Part shown: positions 16,822 to 24,168 of the stretch, one piece after another
Position numbering within the stretch: position 1 is the first letter of the stretch
Layout of the letters: every line of letters begins with the position of its first letter
Virus record (IMG/VR): IMGVR_UViG_3300037423_000380
DNA length: 55,242 nucleotides
DNA from: a virus
Direction: 5' to 3' (one strand)
Position numbers and translations under genes: made by a program
The notes under the pieces: generated by a model
What the model was told of the DNA's origin: nothing
Seen by the model: the letters and a program-made list of their open reading frames with translations, nothing else
Database searches by the model: none

Positions 16822-16873
16822 CCACGGGGTACGCGGTACGCGGTACGGAGTACGGGCAAGAGAGGAGTGTGGC

Positions 16874-17143
16874 ATGGTGGAGACGGTTGGGGATCGGCAC
16901 GGCCAGGAGCAGGCCGGCATAGCGTCCGCGGAGGCGCCACCCGCTAGCTCGGATGCGTACGTGTTCGACGTGCTGACGAGTCCGCACGATGCCGTGAAGG
17001 CCGGCGAACTGTGCCGCGTGTGGTCGAGGGTCGTGGTGAGCCGGCTCGCGTACCCGAGCTATGCGGAGGCGTACGACATGGCCGCGTGCTTGGCTGTGGC
17101 CGTGCATGGTGGGATGCCGACCGATGTCCTGCCGCGCTACTGA
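16874..17143 (+). CDS. Hypothetical protein (89 aa)
   Basis: Track ORF; SD AGAGGAG 7 nt upstream of the ATG. Confidence 0.5.
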   Translation: MVETVGDRHGQEQAGIASAEAPPASSDAYVFDVLTSPHDAVKAGELCRVWSRVVVSRLAYPSYAEAYDMAACLAVAVHGGMPTDVLPRY

Positions 17144-17223
17144 CCTCGCCGGCCATGCCAGCGCTCCCGCCATGACGCCCATGACTCGGGTGACTCGGGA
17201 GGCGTGTGACGCGGGGGAGTGCT

Positions 17224-17252
17224 TTGACTTCAGTGTCAAAGTGTGATAGACT
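17224..17252 (+). promoter_or_regulatory. Promoter P2 (TTGACT-17-TAGACT)
   Basis: -35 at 17224-17229, -10 at 17247-17252. Spacer TCAGTGTCAAAGTGTGA. The leader carries AAGTGAGAGACACCACCACAG, then palindrome copy 4. Confidence 0.7.
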
Positions 17253-17285
17253 TGCGTTAGCAAGTGAGAGACACCACCACAGCGA

Positions 17286-17304
17286 GTGAGTCACCCTGAC
17301 TCAC
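17286..17304. repeat. GTGAGTC-N5-GACTCAC palindrome, copy 4
   Basis: cgagtgagtca-ccc-tgactcactcg (11-bp arms) in the P2 leader, 22 nt before ATG 17326. Confidence 0.9.
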
Positions 17305-17325
17305 TCGAAACGTCAGGAGGTCGCC

Positions 17326-17661
17326 ATGAAGTTCACCATCCGCATCGCCCTCGCCCTCATGGGCACGCTGCTCGGAGTCGCCATGCTCGTGACGCCGGCC
17401 CATGCTCGCGCTGTTCAGCTCGGAGAACCAAAGGTGGAGAGGGTCCACCACGACCCCGTGCTCTACGTCGAGCACGTCCAGCGGCGCTGGTACTACGTCG
17501 AATTAGCGGATGGGTCGTCCTGGATGTTCACGCCCTGCCGGCAGGAGGACTCCCAGAACTGCTGGTGGAACGCGCAGACCAGAGGCAACGGCGAGGGTAC
17601 GTCCTTCGTCAACATCCACGGGCATTACCACTACGCGGTCCGGGGGACTGTCATCCGCTGA
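17326..17661 (+). CDS. Secreted small protein, paralogue A (signal peptide, two Cys, NIHGHxHY motif)
   Basis: MKFTIRIALALMGTLLGVAMLVTPAHA|RAVQ... is a signal-peptide-like N-terminus. It is alignable by eye with 23197..23532. Confidence 0.7.
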   Translation: MKFTIRIALALMGTLLGVAMLVTPAHARAVQLGEPKVERVHHDPVLYVEHVQRRWYYVELADGSSWMFTPCRQEDSQNCWWNAQTRGNGEGTSFVNIHGHYHYAVRGTVIR

Positions 17662-17670
17662 CGCGGAGGC

Positions 17671-17710
17671 GGGTGGCCGGCAGGCACCGAGGTTCGAGCC
17701 CTCGGCATCC
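17671..17710 (+). ncRNA. tRNA-like acceptor/T-arm minihelix, copy a
   Basis: GGGTG-gccggcaggca-CCGAGG TTCGAGC CCTCGG-CATCC, followed by ACG. It starts 10 nt after the stop at 17661. Confidence 0.55.
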
Positions 17711-17714
17711 ACGA

Positions 17715-17733
17715 GTGAGTCACGGAGACTCAC
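17715..17733. repeat. GTGAGTC-N5-GACTCAC palindrome, copy 5
   Basis: gtgagtcacggagactcac, immediately 3' of minihelix a. Confidence 0.9.
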
Positions 17734-17753
17734 CTGATCTGAGGAGATTCACC

Positions 17754-18008
17754 ATGCAGACGCAGACCTCGGTTCTGACCGTGCAGACCACCCGCGTCGG
17801 CGCGATGGACGGCAAGCTCGCCAAGGCTTCCGTCATGTACACGTTCGAGGATGGCTCGATCGACACCACGGAGGCCGTATTCCTCCAGCCGACCGGCGAC
17901 GCCGGCCCGGTGTACCTCGCGCTCGGACGGGAGTGGGTGCTGGTCGAGCAGGCGTCCAGGTACGGCGAGCACCTGTCCCACGAGTGGGTCGAGCGGTTCT
18001 TCGGCTGA
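17754..18008 (+). CDS. Hypothetical protein (84 aa)
   Basis: MQTQTSVLTVQTT...; SD GAGGAG 7 nt upstream. The track ORF from 17286 is an off-frame extension. Confidence 0.6.
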   Translation: MQTQTSVLTVQTTRVGAMDGKLAKASVMYTFEDGSIDTTEAVFLQPTGDAGPVYLALGREWVLVEQASRYGEHLSHEWVERFFG

Positions 18009-18023
18009 GTCACACTGACTCAC
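18005..18023. repeat. GTGAGTC-N5-GACTCAC palindrome, copy 6 (first base C)
   Basis: ctgagtcacactgactcac; the TGA stop of 17754..18008 lies inside the left arm. Confidence 0.85.
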
Positions 18024-18047
18024 CTGTCAAAGAGAGAGGTACCGATC

Positions 18048-18425
18048 ATGGAGATCCCCCAGAGCAACTTCACCACCACGTTCGCGGAGTGCCCGGACTG
18101 CGGAGGCCGGCGCTACCTGACCGGCGAGGCGTTCAACCGCCACGGCGAGCACTCGTTCGTGTTCGACTGCGGCAACTGCGGCGAGGACGTCGCGCTGTGG
18201 TCCATCGACATCCAGGTCGAGTGGCACGAGGACTGGACCACTGCCAGTGACGGTGGACGCTGGGCGCTCGCGATCAGGGCGTACGACGACCTGCCGGACG
18301 AGTACGTGCTGCGGAGGCTGCGTGTGCGTGACCTGAGCCGCATCACCACGTGGCAGGAGCTCGTGGCCGTGTACGGCGAGGAGTCCGTGCGCGCTGCGAT
18401 GGCTGGCGCGGGGTACGAGTCATGA
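18048..18425 (+). CDS. Zinc-ribbon protein (125 aa)
   Basis: CPDCGG ... CGNCGE (CxxC x2); SD GAGAGAGG. Confidence 0.6.
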   Translation: MEIPQSNFTTTFAECPDCGGRRYLTGEAFNRHGEHSFVFDCGNCGEDVALWSIDIQVEWHEDWTTASDGGRWALAIRAYDDLPDEYVLRRLRVRDLSRITTWQELVAVYGEESVRAAMAGAGYES

Positions 18426-18649
18426 CCGCCCAGCCAGTGAGTCAGGCCGACTCACCTGTCGTCCACCTGATCGCGCCGGCCGTGAGCATCGTGCCCAACG
18501 AGCTCGGGACTGGCTACGTCATGACCGGCTCGCCGGCAGACCTGCTGGCCCTCGTGGACACGCTCATGGACGCGGTGGACCGCGGCCTGGACGAGACCTT
18601 CGGCACCGTTGCGGAGGCGTACGAGGCATGGAAGGGCGAGGCGTCGTGA
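18422..18649 (+). CDS. Hypothetical protein (75 aa); the start is uncertain
   Basis: ATGA overlap with the upstream stop. If this start is right, palindrome copy 7 is inside codons 6-11. Confidence 0.45.
   Translation: MTAQPVSQADSPVVHLIAPAVSIVPNELGTGYVMTGSPADLLALVDTLMDAVDRGLDETFGTVAEAYEAWKGEAS
18437..18455. repeat. GTGAGTC-N5-GACTCAC palindrome, copy 7
   Basis: gtgagtcaggccgactcac. Confidence 0.9.
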
Positions 18650-18768
18650 GCGGGTATCTGTCGAGCTTCGTGCTCGTGGTCTGGTGCCTCGCGCCGATCA
18701 TCGTGTTCTTCGCGTTCCTCGTGGCGATGGCCCTAGTTGCCGAGCGCCTCATGGGGAATCGAGCTTGA
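18646..18768 (+). CDS. Possible 40-aa membrane peptide
   Basis: GTGA overlap; VSGYLSSFVLVVWCLAPIIVFFAFLVAMALVAERLMGNRA. Its stop overlaps the -35 of P3. Confidence 0.4.
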   Translation: MSGYLSSFVLVVWCLAPIIVFFAFLVAMALVAERLMGNRA

Positions 18769-18794
18769 CCGAGTGTGCAAGTGAGAGGTAGACT
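18765..18794 (+). promoter_or_regulatory. Promoter P3 (TTGACC-18-TAGACT)
   Basis: -35 at 18765-18770, -10 at 18789-18794. Spacer GAGTGTGCAAGTGAGAGG. The leader carries ACACACCACCACAG, then palindrome copy 8. Confidence 0.65.
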
Positions 18795-18821
18795 TGCACC
18801 AGCAACACACCACCACAGCCG

Positions 18822-18840
18822 GTGAGTCAGTGAGACTCAC
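18822..18840. repeat. GTGAGTC-N5-GACTCAC palindrome, copy 8
   Basis: ggtgagtcagtgagactcacc in the P3 leader, just before SD GAGGAG. Confidence 0.9.
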
Positions 18841-18857
18841 CAGAGGAGTTGATCGCA

Positions 18858-19550
18858 GTGAGCACCACCACCACCCGTGACCTGTCCACCACCACCAAGG
18901 TGATCGAGTTCCTAGAGGAGATCCTGGAGCACGTCGACTACGCCTTCGCCTACGGCGAGCCGGGGTACGACGACCCGGCCGGCGAAACGCCGCTGATCGT
19001 GTTCAGCACCTACTGGTGCCGATGCCGCGACTACGAGGACGAGCGGCACCCGGACTCGCCGCTACACCCGATCGACGTTCACTATCCCGCGGAGTTCGAG
19101 CTCCTGGAGGAGCAGGGCGTCAAGTTGGAGTGGTACGACGAGTGGATCATCGACCACGAGACGAGCAAGGCGTACCGCACCGAGGCCGATGGCGCGTTCT
19201 GGATGCCGTCGTACGTGCTGTGGGAGTGCGACCTGCTCACGCCGGACAACTCGATCGAGACGTGGCTCGACTGGATCACCGAGAACCCGCCGTACTACAA
19301 CGAGGTCAAGGCGATCCCGGAGCGCGCCCTGCCCGTGCGGTTCGACACCGTGGTCGGCTGGGAGCAGTGGCCCGACGACACCACCGACTTCCGCAACGAC
19401 TGGTACGGCAACAACGACGACCCGGCCAAGATCCAGGAGGCGATCCGTCGCGAGCACGGCGAGGAGACGTACGTCGTCTTCATCATCCGGGAGTCGCACA
19501 TGTTCGGCGTGCGGTTCGAGGCGTACTACAAGCTCCCTGAGGAGGACTGA
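18858..19550 (+). CDS. Hypothetical acidic protein (about 230 aa)
   Basis: GTG 18858 is 9 nt after GAGGAG; the track uses TTG 18849. No motif recognised. Confidence 0.6.
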   Translation: MSTTTTRDLSTTTKVIEFLEEILEHVDYAFAYGEPGYDDPAGETPLIVFSTYWCRCRDYEDERHPDSPLHPIDVHYPAEFELLEEQGVKLEWYDEWIIDHETSKAYRTEADGAFWMPSYVLWECDLLTPDNSIETWLDWITENPPYYNEVKAIPERALPVRFDTVVGWEQWPDDTTDFRNDWYGNNDDPAKIQEAIRREHGEETYVVFIIRESHMFGVRFEAYYKLPEED

Positions 19551-19553
19551 GCG

Positions 19554-19778
19554 ATGACGGGCCAAGCGCGAAGCGTCGTGTTCCTCCCGATCGTGCAAGT
19601 CATCGAGCGCGAGGACGGCCGGCTGACCGTGGAGTTCGACTGGTTCGACTCGCTCAATGGCGAGGCGACGGACGAGGGGACGCATATCACGATCTACGCA
19701 GAGGAGGTCGCGGAGGCACTGGACGAGTGGCTATGCACCCAACCCAAGTCGTTCGTCATCAACAGGGGGAAGTCATGA
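19554..19778 (+). CDS. Hypothetical protein (74 aa)
   Basis: Track ORF; SD GAGGAGGA. Confidence 0.6.
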   Translation: MTGQARSVVFLPIVQVIEREDGRLTVEFDWFDSLNGEATDEGTHITIYAEEVAEALDEWLCTQPKSFVINRGKS

Positions 19779-20131
19779 GGATCACTCAGTCGCCGGCCTG
19801 CCGGTGCTGCCCGGAGATCGACGTGGAGTTCGACACCGTGTTTGAGGTCACCGAGGAGGGTGCCCTGATCGAGCGGCCGGACCTCTACGCTCCGATGCTC
19901 CTGGAGAACGAGCTCGACTCGGACAAGTGGCGCCTGTGGTCGCACGGCTACACCGGCCAGTACGGCTACCGCGGCCCGATCATGCACAACTCGGAGATCC
20001 TCGCGGGTGGCATCGCGAAGGACCTTCTGGATGAGCCTGGCGTCTACACCGTGCTCGTGTCGCACTACGAGCCGTACGACGAGCTGGACGGCTACGACGT
20101 GGAGGGCTGGGCCGTCGCACAACTCAAGTGA
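19775..20131 (+). CDS. Hypothetical protein (118 aa)
   Basis: ATGA overlap start (M17 of the track ORF). Confidence 0.6.
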   Translation: MRITQSPACRCCPEIDVEFDTVFEVTEEGALIERPDLYAPMLLENELDSDKWRLWSHGYTGQYGYRGPIMHNSEILAGGIAKDLLDEPGVYTVLVSHYEPYDELDGYDVEGWAVAQLK

Positions 20132-20146
20132 GTCAACCTGACTCAC
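20128..20146. repeat. GTGAGTC-N5-GACTCAC palindrome, copy 9
   Basis: gtgagtcaacctgactcac; the stop TGA of 19775..20131 lies inside the left arm. Confidence 0.9.
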
Positions 20147-20147
20147 C

Positions 20148-20187
20148 GGGCGAGTGGAACACATCGAGGTTCGAGTCCTCGACGCCC
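20148..20187 (+). ncRNA. tRNA-like acceptor/T-arm minihelix, copy b
   Basis: GGGCG-agtggaacaca-TCGAGG TTCGAGT CCTCGA-CGCCC, followed by ACG. Confidence 0.55.
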
Positions 20188-20200
20188 ACGACCTATCACC

Positions 20201-20230
20201 TGGACACAGTGTCAGGGTGTGAGGTACGAT
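20201..20230 (+). promoter_or_regulatory. Promoter P4 (TGGACA-18-TACGAT)
   Basis: Spacer CAGTGTCAGGGTGTGAGG. The leader carries ACACCACCACAGGAGG. Confidence 0.5.
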
Positions 20231-20261
20231 GTACACATCAACACCACCACAGGAGGCCGGC

Positions 20262-20354
20262 ATGGCGAAGTACACCACCCGCAAGGTCAGCGAGGACGCA
20301 AGGCGCGAGACGTTGCGGAGGCGTGAGGTTCGGCGTCAGAAGTACGGCAAGTAG
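20262..20354 (+). CDS. Possible 30-aa basic peptide (MAKYTTRKVSEDARRETLRRREVRRQKYGK)
   Basis: SD CAGGAGG 6 nt upstream; first ORF after P4. Confidence 0.4.
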   Translation: MAKYTTRKVSEDARRETLRRREVRRQKYGK

Positions 20355-20377
20355 TAGAAGTGAGAGGAGGCTCCATC

Positions 20378-20764
20378 ATGAACGACGCACAGGAGGCGTT
20401 GGCCCGTTTGCTCCAGCGGGCCGAGAGCACCGTCGCCGGCGAGGGCATGACCTACGAGGACCCGCTGAGCATCGAGGTCAACGGGCGGTACGTGGACATC
20501 TTGTTCACCACCGGGGGACCGCACATCGAGATTCAGCTCGACTTCGGGTACGAGTGCGGCGGCGCGTACTGGTTCGAGCAGGCGCCCGAGCGAGGCCGGC
20601 TCGACTACATGGATTGGGGGAAGCACGAGGTCGCGTACCTCGGCTCGGAGGAGGCGTGGCTGATCCAGTCCGCGATCTTCCGCGACCCGGACGACCTCGA
20701 AGAAGAGGACGAGCTCGACTCCGGGGACGAATTACCACCCTCCCTCCCCGATGGAGGGGAGTGA
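20378..20764 (+). CDS. Hypothetical acidic protein (128 aa)
   Basis: ATG 20378 is 10 nt after AAGTGAGAGGAGG. Confidence 0.6.
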   Translation: MNDAQEALARLLQRAESTVAGEGMTYEDPLSIEVNGRYVDILFTTGGPHIEIQLDFGYECGGAYWFEQAPERGRLDYMDWGKHEVAYLGSEEAWLIQSAIFRDPDDLEEEDELDSGDELPPSLPDGGE

Positions 20765-20805
20765 TCCGGCCGCGGGATGGAGCACCCGAGGCCCACCAGC
20801 AGTAG

Positions 20806-20824
20806 GTGAGTCGGCCTGACTCAC
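20806..20824. repeat. GTGAGTC-N5-GACTCAC palindrome, copy 10
   Basis: aggtgagtcggcctgactcacct (9-bp arms). Confidence 0.9.
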
Positions 20825-20825
20825 C

Positions 20826-20867
20826 TGCCCGACCGGCAGACACCGAGGTTCGAGTCCTCGGCGGGCA
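20826..20867 (+). ncRNA. tRNA-like acceptor/T-arm minihelix, copy c
   Basis: TGCCCG-accggcagaca-CCGAGG TTCGAGT CCTCGG-CGGGCA; it abuts palindrome copy 10. Confidence 0.55.
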
Positions 20868-20903
20868 CGCAGTTCCACACCACCACCACAGAGGAGCACT
20901 GCA

Positions 20904-21737
20904 ATGGACGAGCTGTTCGACGGCGAGGCGTACGACCTTCGCCGCAAGTTCTACGACGACTGCCTGACCAACCTGCTCGGAGAGTACGAGCTGGTCTACG
21001 TCGACTACCGCGATCAACTCACCGACGAGCAGGTCGCCTGGCTGGCCGCGAAGGATTGGGAGTCCCTCGATGCCTCGATGGATGAGTGGCTGGATGACGT
21101 TCGCTACGAGAGCGCGGACTACCACCGCACCGAGGTCATGGACGAGACCGAGGCCGAGTGGGCCGAGGCTCACGGCCACGAGATCGCGGAGGCTGTTCGC
21201 AGCGCCTTCCGGGACACCGACCTGCACGACGAGCTCCGGTACGCGATCGAGGACCGCGACCGCTCCAACCCGCTCCGCGACCTCGCCGGCAACACTCCGC
21301 GAGTCCTCATGCGGCAGGTGCTCGGCGAGGCCCGCCTGACCTCAGAGGACGACATCGAGGACCTGATCCTCGCTGACCTGGGCGTGCCGGACATCGAGCA
21401 CAACCGCGAGGCGATCCGCAACACGCTCCCGGAGTGCGGGGAGTGGGTGCAGGCGATGATCGTCTGCGCCGTCGACCCGAGCGACCTCTACAACACCATG
21501 ACGGCCAAGGAGGTCGAGGTCATCGACCCCTACCTCTACCTCGGCAACCCGTACATGGGCGACGGGTACTGCGAGGAGCAGCTCCACGCGGCAATCCGCC
21601 TCGACCGCGACTCGCTGACCACCGACAAGAGCGCGTTCGGCTACGGCTGGGAAGAGATTGCCGGCGTCTACGTCAGTGCCTACGAGTGCAACCTCATCCG
21701 CGTCGACTGGAACAAGGCGGAGGGGGCGACGGCATGA
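20904..21737 (+). CDS. Hypothetical protein (277 aa)
   Basis: Track ORF; SD GAGGAG. The leader carries ACACCACCACCACAG. Confidence 0.65.
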   Translation: MDELFDGEAYDLRRKFYDDCLTNLLGEYELVYVDYRDQLTDEQVAWLAAKDWESLDASMDEWLDDVRYESADYHRTEVMDETEAEWAEAHGHEIAEAVRSAFRDTDLHDELRYAIEDRDRSNPLRDLAGNTPRVLMRQVLGEARLTSEDDIEDLILADLGVPDIEHNREAIRNTLPECGEWVQAMIVCAVDPSDLYNTMTAKEVEVIDPYLYLGNPYMGDGYCEEQLHAAIRLDRDSLTTDKSAFGYGWEEIAGVYVSAYECNLIRVDWNKAEGATA

Positions 21738-22102
21738 ACGCGAACGACTGGACCGTGCGCCGGGTCGACCTCGGCTACGGCGGCGAGGAGGGCTCGTGGC
21801 TCTGCCAGTACCAGCCCGCCCTTCGCTGGAACGGGTGGATCGCCTTCCCCTACTTCGACGCCTACACCGTGGTCGACATCCTCGACAACTTCGTCAACCG
21901 TCCGGGCTCTGACCCGTACCACTGGTACGACTACCGCTTCGAGGACGACGGGACGCTCGTCATGGAGGATCGGCAGTTCCGCACCGAGTACCCCGAGGAC
22001 TTCGAGCCCGAGCGCATCGAGCCGGACAAGGACGGCCTCTACTCTCTCGGGGCCTACGGCTGGGCGTGGGACGAGATCAGCGACGAGGAGGGCTCGGCGT
22101 GA
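21734..22102 (+). CDS. Hypothetical protein (122 aa)
   Basis: ATGA overlap start; MNANDWTVRRVDLGYGGEEG... Confidence 0.6.
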   Translation: MNANDWTVRRVDLGYGGEEGSWLCQYQPALRWNGWIAFPYFDAYTVVDILDNFVNRPGSDPYHWYDYRFEDDGTLVMEDRQFRTEYPEDFEPERIEPDKDGLYSLGAYGWAWDEISDEEGSA

Positions 22103-22353
22103 TGACGCGAACCCGACTCGACCTGACTCCGTACCAGACGCCCACCGGCCCGAGCACTGCGGAGTTCTCCGGGGAGCACCGGGGGATGCACGTCGAGCTC
22201 TGGGAGCGCGGCTTCATGTGGGCCTGGGCGATCTTCGCCCTGGACCAGTTCACCCCCGTCGACCAGGGTGCAAGCCTGCTGCGTTCCGACGCCGAGCACA
22301 ACGCCGCCCAGCACATCGACCAGTACCTAGCAAGGAAGGAGCGGGAGTCATGA
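22102..22353 (+). CDS. Hypothetical protein (83 aa)
   Basis: 1-nt TGATG overlap start. Confidence 0.55.
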   Translation: MTRTRLDLTPYQTPTGPSTAEFSGEHRGMHVELWERGFMWAWAIFALDQFTPVDQGASLLRSDAEHNAAQHIDQYLARKERES

Positions 22354-22535
22354 GCACTTGTCTTGGGTGTGGGCACGAGATCGAGTTCGTGCCCGACGTT
22401 GATGAGGACGGCGCCCCGGTTCCCGAGGGCTACGGCATGTGGGTGCGGGTCGACACCGGCTGGGACTGCTGCGAGCCCGGTCCGGGCGACGAAGACCGCT
22501 ACCACGAGCCGACTGCCAGAGAGGAGGAGTCATGA
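22350..22535 (+). CDS. Small Cys-containing protein (61 aa)
   Basis: ATGA overlap; MSTCLGCGHEIEF...WDCCEPG. Confidence 0.55.
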   Translation: MSTCLGCGHEIEFVPDVDEDGAPVPEGYGMWVRVDTGWDCCEPGPGDEDRYHEPTAREEES

Positions 22536-22870
22536 AGCCTGAGAGGAGACTCGTGCTGGACTTCATCCAGCAGAACCCGCTTGCCTGTGAGGACCTCACG
22601 GTCTCCGAGATCGAGACGTTCGCCGAGCACTACGCCGGAGGTCTCGTCGTCCTCGCGGGCTACCCGATGCGGGAGAACTTCTACGTCAAGCTGCACGACT
22701 CGTGGAGCGACACGACGGACATCGTGGTCCACGAGTACCACCTAGAGGACCCGGACCAGCAGACCGAGCGGTACTTCACCGACAGCCGGCGAGCGTTCGA
22801 GTACTTCATGCACGCCATCACCGGCCAGGGCCTCGACGGCACCGGCCCGAGTACCGAGGGGGAGTCGTGA
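22532..22870 (+). CDS. Hypothetical protein (112 aa)
   Basis: ATGA overlap start. Confidence 0.6.
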   Translation: MKPERRLVLDFIQQNPLACEDLTVSEIETFAEHYAGGLVVLAGYPMRENFYVKLHDSWSDTTDIVVHEYHLEDPDQQTERYFTDSRRAFEYFMHAITGQGLDGTGPSTEGES

Positions 22871-23004
22871 TCGAGGAGCTTGAGACCGCGAAGAGGAACG
22901 TCCGCTGGCTCCTCGACCACCCTGACGGCCTCGTGGACATGCACGGCCTTGAGTATTGGGCCGGCCGGGTAGTCACTCTCCGCGCCAAGATCCGAGAGGT
23001 CTGA
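22867..23004 (+). CDS. Hypothetical protein (45 aa)
   Basis: GTGA overlap start; VIEELETAKRNVRWLLDHPDG... Confidence 0.4.
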   Translation: MIEELETAKRNVRWLLDHPDGLVDMHGLEYWAGRVVTLRAKIREV

Positions 23005-23007
23005 GCC

Positions 23008-23193
23008 ATGACGCAGGTCGACCGCGAGCAGGTTACGAGGGCGCTCGACGCCTTCTGGACCGAGATCGCCAAGGAGTTCCCGAAAGTAAAGACAGGCGAC
23101 CTCGACACCGTTAGTGTCCTGCGACTGGAGGACGCGGCGATGTACGCGGTGCAGGGCTGGCTCGACCTCAACACCACCACCGAGGAGGACTGA
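23008..23193 (+). CDS. Hypothetical protein (61 aa)
   Basis: Track ORF; SD GAGAGG. Confidence 0.55.
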   Translation: MTQVDREQVTRALDAFWTEIAKEFPKVKTGDLDTVSVLRLEDAAMYAVQGWLDLNTTTEED

Positions 23194-23196
23194 ACC

Positions 23197-23532
23197 ATGA
23201 ACCGCATCTTCACCAGCATCGCCCTGGCGCTGATCGCCCTTGCCGCGGTAACGGGGCGGGCCGACGCCAAGGCCGTCCAGATCACCGGCCCGACCACCGA
23301 GGTCATGCACCACAACCGCGTGGTGCGCGTCGTCTACCTCGACGGCGTGCACTACCGCATCAGGCTCGCGGACCACTCTCGGTGGCGGCTGACGATGTGT
23401 GCGACCGAGACTGAGCGCAACTGCCTGTGGGCGCCGAACCCCCACTTCGAGGACAACCGCAGGTTCGCCAACATCCACGGACACCGGCACTACTTCGCCA
23501 AGGGCACGTACGTGCCGGTGTTCGTCTCCTAG
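23197..23532 (+). CDS. Secreted small protein, paralogue B
   Basis: MNRIFTSIALALIALAAVTGRADA|KAVQ...; it shares AVQ, HH, LAD.S.W, C..(7-8)..NC.W and NIHGH.HY with 17326..17661. Confidence 0.7.
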   Translation: MNRIFTSIALALIALAAVTGRADAKAVQITGPTTEVMHHNRVVRVVYLDGVHYRIRLADHSRWRLTMCATETERNCLWAPNPHFEDNRRFANIHGHRHYFAKGTYVPVFVS

Positions 23533-23554
23533 ACCCGCACGTGGTGGTGTGGTG

Positions 23555-23573
23555 GTGAGTCAACCCGACTCAC
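23555..23573. repeat. GTGAGTC-N5-GACTCAC palindrome, copy 11
   Basis: ggtgagtcaacccgactcacc. Confidence 0.9.
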
Positions 23574-23577
23574 CGGA

Positions 23578-23617
23578 GGGAGGCCGGCAGGCCCCGAGGT
23601 TCGAGCCCTCGGCTCCC
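23578..23617 (+). ncRNA. tRNA-like acceptor/T-arm minihelix, copy d
   Basis: GGGAG-gccggcaggcc-CCGAGG TTCGAGC CCTCGG-CTCCC. Confidence 0.55.
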
Positions 23618-23653
23618 GCCATGCGTGTCATGACAGCGTGGCGCGCTCTCAGT

Positions 23654-23683
23654 TTGACAAAGTGTCGAAGTGTGATGTAGACT
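23654..23683 (+). promoter_or_regulatory. Promoter P5 (TTGACA-18-TAGACT)
   Basis: Spacer AAGTGTCGAAGTGTGATG. The post -10 sequence TGCGTCAGCAAGT is nearly identical to that of P2 (TGCGTTAGCAAGT). Confidence 0.7.
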
Positions 23684-23717
23684 TGCGTCAGCAAGTTCAC
23701 CCCGAGGAGAGGAAGCC

Positions 23718-23942
23718 ATGAAGCGGACGTACCAGATCCCGTTGACCGGACAGGTCGCCGTGGACGCCGAAGCAGGGACGGTTGACGTGAGCGTCGATCT
23801 CGTGGACCTCCCGCTCGACCTGTCCTACGACTACGAGGTCGACTACAGCAGGGCCGAGGTCGACGCGGACGGCAAGCTCATCCACGAGCTCCAGTCGAAC
23901 TCACTAGAGCACCACTACCTTCAGCACCACATGTCGAAGTGA
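23718..23942 (+). CDS. Hypothetical acidic protein (74 aa)
   Basis: Track ORF; SD GAGGAGAGGAAG. Confidence 0.6.
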   Translation: MKRTYQIPLTGQVAVDAEAGTVDVSVDLVDLPLDLSYDYEVDYSRAEVDADGKLIHELQSNSLEHHYLQHHMSK

Positions 23943-23955
23943 GAGGCGGGAGATC

Positions 23956-24168
23956 ATGACCAAGAAGCAGTTCGAGGCCATCGCGAAGATCCTCAACCGC
24001 TACACCCTCGCGGACCCCGCTCCCGGCACGTTCGATGAGGGCTACGCCGACGCCTCGTTCGGCATCGCCGTCGAGCTCGCCGACTACTTCGAGACGACCA
24101 ACCCCCTGTTCGACCGAGAGCGCTTCCTCTTGGCCTGCGGTATCAAAGTGAGAGGATGGGAACGATGA
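23956..24168 (+). CDS. Hypothetical protein (70 aa)
   Basis: ATG is 9 nt after AAGTGAGAGG. Confidence 0.6.
   Translation: MTKKQFEAIAKILNRYTLADPAPGTFDEGYADASFGIAVELADYFETTNPLFDRERFLLACGIKVRGWER

Noticed and set aside
24145-24168. Mini upstream ORF GTG-AGA-GGA-TGG-GAA-CGA-TGA ahead of the methyltransferase
   Set aside because: These codons are simply the in-frame C-terminus (…KVRGWER) of gene 23956..24168, so no separate leader peptide is needed.
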